DNA of 64,000 nt. Origin: a virus. Under the pieces are notes generated by a model, which ran no database searches, was not told where the DNA came from, and saw only the letters and a list, made by a program, of their open reading frames with translations. Of the stretch, positions 47,986-55,502 are shown piece by piece. Location of the stretch: the IMG/VR virus record IMGVR_UViG_3300022752_000021; one strand, 5' to 3'. Each line of letters begins with the position of its first letter. Within the stretch, counting starts at the first letter, position 1. The translations under genes were made by a program, and so were the position numbers.

Positions 47986-48411
47986 ATGAACTTCGCAAAC
48001 TACACACTCACAACGATTCTCGCTTTCACTGTTGCAACAGCGGGTGTTGCTGTTCCACCACCAGCAAATTTCAACCCCGACGAAATTCTTACTGCGATTC
48101 GAAAAGTTGAAACAGGTGGATGCAAAGATCCAAGCAACGCAGTTGGTGATGGTGGCAAGGCAATCGGTCCTTTGCAAATTCACTATTCGTATTGGAAAGA
48201 TGCAGTTGAGTTCGATCCTTCCATCGGTGGCAAGTACTCAGATTGCAAGAGCGAAGCCTACGCGAGAAAGATTGTGATCGCGTACTGGACTCGCTACGCA
48301 CCGAATTGGTCATTTGAAACGCTCTCGCGTGTACATAATGGCGGTCCAAAAGGTCACAAAAAGACCTCAACTCTGGATTATTGGCGGAAAGTGCAGAAAA
48401 AACTCGACTAA
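47986..48411 (+). CDS. Exported lysozyme-like protein (i-type/destabilase-like)
   Basis: Signal peptide; AIRKVETGG (candidate catalytic Glu), GPLQI...YWKDA, RVHNGGP.G. Confidence 0.75.
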   Translation: MNFANYTLTTILAFTVATAGVAVPPPANFNPDEILTAIRKVETGGCKDPSNAVGDGGKAIGPLQIHYSYWKDAVEFDPSIGGKYSDCKSEAYARKIVIAYWTRYAPNWSFETLSRVHNGGPKGHKKTSTLDYWRKVQKKLD

Positions 48412-48431
48412 AACCACGGTTGGTTCCTCCG

Positions 48432-48526
48432 TAAGTCTTTATAAGACCTAGACTTACAGAAATCTGAACTTTTTTGACCAATTTTCGTCTGACCCCGTAG
48501 ACAAACAAGCCAAAGTATCAGATACT
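48432..48526 (+). promoter_or_regulatory. TAAGTC-N13-GACTTA palindrome plus sigma70 promoter
   Basis: Palindrome at 48432-48456; TAGACA-17 bp-GATACT at 48498-48526; ATG at +7. Confidence 0.6.
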
Positions 48527-48532
48527 TATGGC

Positions 48533-49792
48533 ATGTCGATTAAGAACAGCAGCACCAAGTCCGTCCGCAACACCAACAACGGAGTCACCATGTACAGCAA
48601 TCTTCAGACTCGTCAGCGTCGTTTCGTGGATACCATCGTCTCGCTCTACGGCAACGGTGACGGTGAACACAACTACACTCGCTCGCAAGTTCTCACTGCC
48701 TGTGAGAAGTGTGGCATGAGCGGTGCGCCTGTGTGGGTCACGAATGACCCGAAGCGTCGTGCGGGTCGCGGTCTTTACAACATTCCCGAAGCGGTCGCGG
48801 CTTGCGCTCCGTCTGCACCAAAGATTCGCGCGGCGGCAGTTGCGGCAGTTGTCGAGTCTGCTCCTGCACCTACGTCGGTTGCCGCTCTTGTCACTGAGGT
48901 TGAGAAGTTCATCCCTCAGACGAATCCGATCTACGTTCCGTGGGGTCACTTCTCCACTCTGCGCTCCATCGTCAAGTCGAAGGTGTTCTTCCCCGCGTGG
49001 ATCAACGGTCTGTCGGGCAACGGCAAGACTCTCATGGTCGAGCAGATTTGCGCGAAGGAAGGACGCGAGTTCTTCCGCGTCAATATCACGGAAGAGACTG
49101 ACGAAGACGATTTGCTTGGTGGCTTCCGTCTCATCAACGGCAACACTGTGTGGGTCGATGGTCCTGTGGTCGAAGCGATGAAGCGCGGTGCGGTTCTCCT
49201 CCTTGACGAACTTGATCTTGGTTCGTTCAAGACGATGTGCCTTCAGCCAGTGCTTGAAGGTAAGGGTGTCTTCCTCAAGAAGGTTGGTCGCTTCGTCAAG
49301 CCAGAGCGTGGTTTCACCGTGTTCGCAACGGCAAACACCAAGGGTAAGGGTAGCGACGATGGTCGCTTCGTCGGTACTCGCGTTCAGAATGAGGCTTTGC
49401 TTGAACGCTTCAAGGTGACTGTCGATCAACCATATCCGCCAGTTGCTACTGAGATTGCGATTCTCAGCAAGGCGTTCGATGCGCTTGGCGTTGACGCGGC
49501 GGTTGCCACGGTTCTGTCTGAAAACCTCTCGCGTTGGTCAGACTCTGTCCGCAAGGCATACGATGCGGGTGCGGTCGAAGATCTCATCTCAACTCGCCGT
49601 CTCGTTGCGATTGCCGAAGGCTATGTGATCTTCGGTGATCTCAAGACTGCGATGAACCTCGCGCTTGCGCGGTTCGATGAGAACACTCGCGAATCGTTCT
49701 ACTCGTTCTACAGCAAGATTGCGGATACCGCCACGGAACCACAAAAGAATGCGAAGTCTGAAGAGAAGTCTGATCAGACTGTCCCATTCTGA
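48533..49792 (+). CDS. CobS/MoxR-family AAA+ ATPase
   Basis: Walker A GLSGNGKT, RVNIT.ETDEDDLLGGFRL, Walker B LLLDE, ATANTKGKGS.DGRF, EALLERF; the cyanophage-type 'CobS'. Confidence 0.92.
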   Translation: MSIKNSSTKSVRNTNNGVTMYSNLQTRQRRFVDTIVSLYGNGDGEHNYTRSQVLTACEKCGMSGAPVWVTNDPKRRAGRGLYNIPEAVAACAPSAPKIRAAAVAAVVESAPAPTSVAALVTEVEKFIPQTNPIYVPWGHFSTLRSIVKSKVFFPAWINGLSGNGKTLMVEQICAKEGREFFRVNITEETDEDDLLGGFRLINGNTVWVDGPVVEAMKRGAVLLLDELDLGSFKTMCLQPVLEGKGVFLKKVGRFVKPERGFTVFATANTKGKGSDDGRFVGTRVQNEALLERFKVTVDQPYPPVATEIAILSKAFDALGVDAAVATVLSENLSRWSDSVRKAYDAGAVEDLISTRRLVAIAEGYVIFGDLKTAMNLALARFDENTRESFYSFYSKIADTATEPQKNAKSEEKSDQTVPF

Positions 49793-49824
49793 AAAAACAC
49801 ACAAACTCCAAGGAGAAACACACA

Positions 49825-50154
49825 ATGAGCAACATTCCAAGTTTCAACAGTGTCTGTGGTACTGTGGTCGAATCCCTCGCGGAGACGATCCTCAATCGTG
49901 AAGCCGTCATCGTTCAACTCCGACAAGAGAACGCGCGTCTTCAGAGTGAAGTTGAGGCAGGAGATACAGACGAGAGAAAGGTTTGGCAACTTCAGGATGA
50001 AGTTCGCACTCTCCGCGAAGACAACGCGGCTCTTCGGCGCGTGATCGAACGACAGAATGGTCGAATCGCAACACAGGCTCGACGTGATCCACGCGGCAAC
50101 ACTCCCTCAGACAGCGATCCGCAAACAGGAGTTCAATACGGAGATTTGACTTGA
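49825..50154 (+). CDS. Coiled-coil hypothetical protein
   Basis: Heptad pattern; conserved start motif. Confidence 0.65.
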   Translation: MSNIPSFNSVCGTVVESLAETILNREAVIVQLRQENARLQSEVEAGDTDERKVWQLQDEVRTLREDNAALRRVIERQNGRIATQARRDPRGNTPSDSDPQTGVQYGDLT

Positions 50155-50238
50155 CCTGAATAGAACTTGTAAGCGACCGCAAACTCAAAATTTGTTTTCT
50201 GTTTTTCAAAATTCAAACTTCAGTAGGAGAAACTCACA

Positions 50239-50505
50239 ATGGCTCGCAAGCCCATCAATCCAAACATCATCAATTGGGACACCGTCGAAAGCACTCTCAA
50301 CAGCGGCAAGACAAACTTCAAGACTCTTGGCAAGTTGACTGGCGTTTCAGCGTCCACCATTCGTCGCCTGATGCTCTCTCGCTACGGTACTCGCATTGCA
50401 CTCAAGCGCGGTCGCGCCGTTGGTGGTATCGTGTGGAACAATCAAACTCCACAGTCTGTGCCACCGCAAAGTTCTGATCAAAACGACGAAACCACCAACT
50501 CCTAA
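50239..50505 (+). CDS. Small HTH-like protein
   Basis: [20 protein letters not shown]-like pattern. Confidence 0.55.
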   Translation: MARKPINPNIINWDTVESTLNSGKTNFKTLGKLTGVSASTIRRLMLSRYGTRIALKRGRAVGGIVWNNQTPQSVPPQSSDQNDETTNS

Positions 50506-50525
50506 AACACAGAGGGAAACACACA

Positions 50526-50813
50526 ATGAGTTCTGAAACTTACAATGGGTGGTCAAACCACAGCACATGGAACATTTCGCTCTGGCTTTCAAACGACGAG
50601 AATCTTTACAAGACTTCGGTGAATGCTGTTGACAGACTTCATGCCCGTGGTAATCTTCCAACTGCGGAATGGGCAAAGGCATTCGTCAGCATCGCGTTCG
50701 ATGACCACTACCGCAAGCAGCAGACTCCCGATGGAGTCACGGTTGATGACCCGACGATCAACTGGCAGCAGATTGCCGACATGCTTCGCGAACTTGCAAC
50801 TGTCACCTCCTGA
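50526..50813 (+). CDS. Conserved phage protein (YNGW.N..TWN..LW..NDE family)
   Basis: Motif recognised by eye, with TPDGV near the C-terminus. Confidence 0.7.
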   Translation: MSSETYNGWSNHSTWNISLWLSNDENLYKTSVNAVDRLHARGNLPTAEWAKAFVSIAFDDHYRKQQTPDGVTVDDPTINWQQIADMLRELATVTS

Positions 50814-50837
50814 AACTGAGAAAGAGAGAAACACACA

Positions 50838-51140
50838 ATGAGCAACGACGAAGATACCTTCTACCACGATTACCTCGACCGCACCCTCATTGCGCTTGAG
50901 GAGGACTACGACGAAGACGAAGAGGAGTGGGAAGAAGAGGAAGAAGACGAGTGGGGTGACGAGTTGTCTGATGATGACGATGATGAAGAGGACTTCGAAG
51001 AGGAAGACGAAGATGAATGGGACGAAGAAGACCTCGACAGCGAAGAAGACGAATTCGAAGACGAAGAGGACTTCGAAGATGACGAAGAAGAAGAGTGGGA
51101 AGGTGAAGACGAAGATGAGTACTTCGACAACGATGAGTGA
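50838..51140 (+). CDS. Extremely acidic protein
   Basis: About three quarters Asp/Glu with periodic W/F/Y/L; conserved start motif. Confidence 0.75.
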   Translation: MSNDEDTFYHDYLDRTLIALEEDYDEDEEEWEEEEEDEWGDELSDDDDDEEDFEEEDEDEWDEEDLDSEEDEFEDEEDFEDDEEEEWEGEDEDEYFDNDE

Positions 51141-51196
51141 GTGAATGCATAGTCTGTCTTTCTGAGAACACAAAACTCCAACAAAGGAAACTCACA

Positions 51197-51601
51197 ATGA
51201 GCAGCAACTCGACCGCAAAGACCGTCGCAGAAACCGCCATCCTCAAGTGCATGGAGAGTGAGGTGGGCAAGAAGATCATTGTTTCCAAGATCCTCGCGCT
51301 CAATGATGAGAATCGTCGCCTCAAGAACAAGTACAACGAGGCACGAATTGCAGTGTTCTCTCTCAACGAAGTTTCGCTGATTCTCTCAAAGATCATCGAA
51401 CACAATTACAAGATCTATGCCGATACTGGCATTCCGATGGACTCGACTTCCAAGGTTCTCAACAACAAACTTAAGAACTTCACGTTGGAGAACTTCGGAG
51501 AGACGATGGTGATTCGCATTGAGGAAATTCTCCACGACACCGATGGGGATGATCTGTTGCTTCGTGACCTTGTCGGAAAGGAACCAATTGCCAATGGCTA
51601 A
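51197..51601 (+). CDS. Hypothetical protein
   Basis: AAGGAAACTCACAATG start. Confidence 0.65.
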   Translation: MSSNSTAKTVAETAILKCMESEVGKKIIVSKILALNDENRRLKNKYNEARIAVFSLNEVSLILSKIIEHNYKIYADTGIPMDSTSKVLNNKLKNFTLENFGETMVIRIEEILHDTDGDDLLLRDLVGKEPIANG

Positions 51602-51959
51602 AATCAAATTTCTGCTTGTCACAGAAGATCTGATTTCATACATCGTCACAACTCCATTTGAGCAAGTCTGCGAACTTGTTGCATGGCTTGAAGGCATTCG
51701 GGGAAATGCAAAGTTCGTAGATGATCCAGTTGCATGGCTACCAAGCGGATCATTTGCAAACATCATCGTCACAGAGGATGATGTTGATGATCTTCCAAAC
51801 AACGCACAAACCGCGATGCTTGGTGAATGCAATCAGATGTTGTATGAGTGTCATGGAACACTGATGGTCGATGACAATGACTCTGTGTTCTATTGGGTGC
51901 GCGACAACAAGAACATCGAAGAGTGGAAGTTACCTTCGATGCTTGCAAAGGGAGAGTAA
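51594..51959 (+). CDS. Hypothetical protein
   Basis: Coupled ORF. Confidence 0.6.
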   Translation: MAKIKFLLVTEDLISYIVTTPFEQVCELVAWLEGIRGNAKFVDDPVAWLPSGSFANIIVTEDDVDDLPNNAQTAMLGECNQMLYECHGTLMVDDNDSVFYWVRDNKNIEEWKLPSMLAKGE

Positions 51960-51972
51960 AAGTTTTGGGTTT

Positions 51973-52045
51973 GCTCCCGTAGCGTAGAGGATAGCGCGGG
52001 TCTTTCCTAAAGACCAGGTCATAGGTTCGAATCCTATCGGGAGCG
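51973..52045 (+). tRNA. tRNA-Arg(CCU)
   Basis: GCTCCCG/CGGGAGC; GGTCT-TTCCTAA-AGACC; ATAGG-TTCGAAT-CCTAT. Confidence 0.92.
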
Positions 52046-52211
52046 TTTGGAGAATTCACAATGCCAAAAGACGAAACTCAAAATGTGGAAACTCGCAAAC
52101 GACTTGATGACATTTACTATGAAGTTCGAATTGGAACTTCAATGTTGGTGTTTCTCATCATCGCAAACATTCTGATTCTTTCTGCTAGTTTGCTTGGCTT
52201 TGTGGTGTGGC

Positions 52212-52240
52212 TTGACACCACTCAAACCACCAAGTAAGAT
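52212..52240 (+). promoter_or_regulatory. Sigma70-type early promoter
   Basis: TTGACA-17 bp-TAAGAT. Confidence 0.7.
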
Positions 52241-52259
52241 ACACACACAGGAGGCTCAT

Positions 52260-52460
52260 ATGCCAAAGCGAGTCATCGACAGGTTCGACTTGGAAGCGGA
52301 GCGCGAAGGTGCAGCAGTAGTCAAGCACAATCGCACAATCTGCAAGCCGTTCGGAAACGGCAAGGGCATCATCAAGCAACGCAAGATGCACAGTGATGCA
52401 GAGGCAATGATCGAACGCAAGACTGTGAAGTTCTCATTCGAAAGGATCGCATATGCGTAA
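52260..52460 (+). CDS. Hypothetical protein
   Basis: AGGAGG RBS. Confidence 0.6.
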   Translation: MPKRVIDRFDLEAEREGAAVVKHNRTICKPFGNGKGIIKQRKMHSDAEAMIERKTVKFSFERIAYA

Positions 52461-52665
52461 TTGTGAAGATTGTGGAAATGAGATTCCAACCGCTCGACTT
52501 GAGTTCTTGCCTGATGCAAAGCACTGCGTGAAGTGCAGCGACAAACACACATTCAAGTATCATGCGAGAATCATCTACTCGCACAAGACAGCGGGTGAAT
52601 TGTTCGTGGCACGGACATCACAGGGAGCGCAACGATTGGAACGCGAATACGCGCGTGGTCGGTGA
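52453..52665 (+). CDS. TraR/DksA-type C4 zinc-finger protein
   Basis: CEDCG.EIP.ARLE.LP....CVKC. Confidence 0.85.
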   Translation: MRNCEDCGNEIPTARLEFLPDAKHCVKCSDKHTFKYHARIIYSHKTAGELFVARTSQGAQRLEREYARGR

Positions 52666-52688
52666 AAACTCACACAAGGAAACACACA

Positions 52689-53000
52689 ATGGAAAACACT
52701 GATACCGTTTCTGATTCTCTAAACCGTCTTAACCTTGTCGCCTCTGATTACAATCGCGGGTTCACGATGACTTTCTCCAATCGTGTCACGGTTTCCGTCC
52801 GTTGGGGTAGTGCGAACTACTCTGATGGCAAGACCACCGCAGAGGTCGCGGCATGGGATGCCGATACGCACGAATGGGTACATGTTGTTGGATATGACTA
52901 CGACGGTGATGATGTCCTTGGGCGGCTCACCACGAACGAGGTTGCAAGGTTCCTCTATGCAGCATCGACCATGCCTTCCGCAATGAAGTCAAACTCTTGA
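52689..53000 (+). CDS. Conserved phage hypothetical protein (F.N..TVSV.WG..NY...AEVA)
   Basis: Motif recognised by eye; conserved start motif. Confidence 0.65.
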   Translation: MENTDTVSDSLNRLNLVASDYNRGFTMTFSNRVTVSVRWGSANYSDGKTTAEVAAWDADTHEWVHVVGYDYDGDDVLGRLTTNEVARFLYAASTMPSAMKSNS

Positions 53001-53010
53001 GGAGAATCGC

Positions 53011-53319
53011 ATGAGCATACCAAAAGATTACATTCTTGTTCGTGAGCAAGTGGGAGGTCAACCACGAAGCGAGATGGTCTTTCTGATCTACGAAGATTCG
53101 GGTGGAAAATATGGAAGCCTGATTCAATACTGTGGTGTAGAAAGAAAACCAACACCAGAGTTCTACTGTACTCTGAAATCTCCCATAACAGAGAGTGAAT
53201 CCATCGAATTGGTTCAATTTGACAGGTTCTACAACATTGACTTGCTACGCAAACTTTGGGTTTCGATGACTTCCCACCAAGGCTTCGGGGGAAAGAAGTA
53301 CGAGGTTTCGAAAGAATGA
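53011..53319 (+). CDS. Hypothetical protein
   Basis: GAGGAG RBS. Confidence 0.6.
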   Translation: MSIPKDYILVREQVGGQPRSEMVFLIYEDSGGKYGSLIQYCGVERKPTPEFYCTLKSPITESESIELVQFDRFYNIDLLRKLWVSMTSHQGFGGKKYEVSKE

Positions 53320-53690
53320 GACAAGTAAAAACTCACACTTTGCGATACATAGAATTCAACCACAACGTCTGGGTGTTCTCGTTTCAAGACTACGGAGATC
53401 ATTATCGTGTTCGGATGGATGGTCCTTGTGATTTTCCTATCACTCTTCCAACCAATGATCCAGTTGTGAAAGGATGTGAATACAACAAATTCACATTCTT
53501 TTCGGGTGCTGTTTGGAGAGTGCATGTCGATGTGGCACGGGTCATCTACTCTACGCTCGTAGCGCAAGGCTTCGTGAAAGCAGAATACAGTCCTCACATG
53601 GAGAATCGTGATGATGACTCGACGTTCGATTCGTACTATAAGGAAGAGGCAGATGCAAACAATGCATACTTCTTGGGGAACTACAAATGA
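53316..53690 (+). CDS. Hypothetical protein
   Basis: ATGA-coupled ORF. Confidence 0.6.
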   Translation: MRQVKTHTLRYIEFNHNVWVFSFQDYGDHYRVRMDGPCDFPITLPTNDPVVKGCEYNKFTFFSGAVWRVHVDVARVIYSTLVAQGFVKAEYSPHMENRDDDSTFDSYYKEEADANNAYFLGNYK

Positions 53691-53902
53691 GTGAAGAACA
53701 AAAACTTCGTGAGAGAATTCGGGATCTAGAACTGCGAATTGGTGATGCTTCAATGTTGCTTGCAGATTGGAATGGCTACTACAATCCCGAAACCCGAACA
53801 GGAAACACAGTCGAACTTGCAAAACTCATAGAGGATGGATATAAAATTCTACAGGGCAAGAGTTGGAGAAACTTCACAAACTACGGAGGAGAACAGCCAT
53901 GA
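53687..53902 (+). CDS. Hypothetical protein
   Basis: ATGA-coupled ORF. Confidence 0.55.
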   Translation: MSEEQKLRERIRDLELRIGDASMLLADWNGYYNPETRTGNTVELAKLIEDGYKILQGKSWRNFTNYGGEQP

Positions 53903-54043
53903 CCATGACAGAGATTGGTATCGTGTTAGTGATTGCGGGATGCTCATTCCTCATGGGATGGTATCTAGGCAGAGTTCATCTCATGTTGGATGACATGATC
54001 AAGCGGTATGATAGAAGGAAGTAATAGAGAGAAATAGATAGAG

Positions 54044-54832
54044 TTGATGCTTACAAAGACCACACTCTTCCTCTCTGACCTCCACCTTGCTTCCAACAAA
54101 TGCAAAGCCTCAAGACTGAAGGAATTCCTAAAGGAAGACGAATCGCACAATGTCTTCCTTGTTGGTGATATCCTCGACATCTGGCGATTCCAACAGGCAT
54201 TTCGAATGGATGCAAAGACACAGACAGATCATGTCGATTGCATACGGAAGTTGCTAAAGAAGGGGAAGTCTGGTGAAGTTCATTACATTTGGGGAAACCA
54301 TGATGAGTTCATGCATCGGTTCTCTGAGTCAAAGTCTTTCGGTGGTATTCACCTACACGAACGCTGCGAGTACACAGCATCGGACGGTCGCCGCTATCTT
54401 GTACTGCACGGACACCAGTTTGATCTAGTGTGCAAATACAAGATCGGAACATTCATTTCCAAGATCGGGGACATGGGGTACGAGATACTCATCGAAGTGA
54501 ATGACTGGTACAATTGGGTGAGGCGGAAACTTGGATTTCGATACTCATCATTGTCAAAGTTCATAAAGGTCAAGTTCAAGAAGGCAACGATGTTCATAGG
54601 AAGTTTCGAAAAGCATCTTGCCGAATACGCAGAGAAGCACGGGTACGATGGAGTGATCTGCGGACACATTCATGAGCCAGCAGACAAGATGATTGGGAAG
54701 ATTCACTACATGAACTGTGGATGCTGGACGGATGAGGAGAACCTGACTTACATTCGTGACATTGGAAAAGGATTAGAACTATGCAAGTACCAACAAAGTG
54801 GCAAAAACTCAGATGGCAAGCAGAAGATGTGA
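54044..54832 (+). CDS. Calcineurin-like metallophosphoesterase (UDP-2,3-diacylglucosamine hydrolase LpxH-like)
   Basis: SDLHL, LVGDILD.W, GNHD, HGHQFD, GVICGHIH, YMNCGCW. Confidence 0.85.
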   Translation: MMLTKTTLFLSDLHLASNKCKASRLKEFLKEDESHNVFLVGDILDIWRFQQAFRMDAKTQTDHVDCIRKLLKKGKSGEVHYIWGNHDEFMHRFSESKSFGGIHLHERCEYTASDGRRYLVLHGHQFDLVCKYKIGTFISKIGDMGYEILIEVNDWYNWVRRKLGFRYSSLSKFIKVKFKKATMFIGSFEKHLAEYAEKHGYDGVICGHIHEPADKMIGKIHYMNCGCWTDEENLTYIRDIGKGLELCKYQQSGKNSDGKQKM

Positions 54833-55402
54833 TTTTCTATATTCCAATTCATGTGATGTTTCTTCTGGCTGCTATTTGCATGAGTGCATTGTTTCTCGTT
54901 TATGATGGAGTGGAATTCATAGTAAGAAAGATCCTCAAATGAAAACTCTCTTTGCATTCTTCATAGTCTTTTTTGTAATTGCCGTAGTGTTCCGTTGGGC
55001 ATGGAACTTCTTTCTACGAGACTTCTGTATAGTTCTACTGCCACCAAGAGATCATCCAAAGGCAGAGGAGATGGAAGGTTTGTTCAATGCCTATGACAAG
55101 GCATTCACGGAGAAGAAGAGAAAGAACTAGGAACTTTGGGAAATCGGTTTGGTGACAAAAAATTGCCAAGCCGATTTTTCATTTTCGACATAGGGCAAAA
55201 TAAAAGTGGGGGTAGGGGGTGGGGGGTGTATGGGAAAGAGATGGGGAGTTTGGGAAATGTTTTTGAGAGGAAAATGGGGAAGGCTGCATTGCCAATTTAC
55301 AGCACCCATGTCAACCCCAAAAACACTGTTCCAAGCAAGATTTTCAAAGATTCTTGCCTTACCGCATGTCCGAATAATACCCCCAAAATCACCGATTTGG
55401 CG

Positions 55403-55494
55403 TAAGTCCTGATATTCCCAAGACTTAGAATCTTTGCCATTTTTGATTCCATACGCTCAAGCGGATTGTCGTAAGTGCCGATTTAGAGTATACT
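55403..55494 (+). promoter_or_regulatory. TAAGTC-N13-GACTTA palindrome plus sigma70 promoter
   Basis: Palindrome at 55403-55427; TTGTCG-17 bp-TATACT at 55466-55494. Confidence 0.6.
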
Positions 55495-55502
55495 TACAGC
55501 AT

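Noticed and set aside
48533-49792. Cobalamin biosynthesis (true cobS/cobT)
   Set aside because: No cobN or other cob genes; this ATPase/vWA pair is a general MoxR-type module in T4-like phages
45410-52700. Recurrent short repeats might be a CRISPR array or integron attC sites
   Set aside because: Spacing is gene-sized and irregular, the repeats coincide with RBS/start codons, and no cas gene, integrase or attC palindrome is in the window
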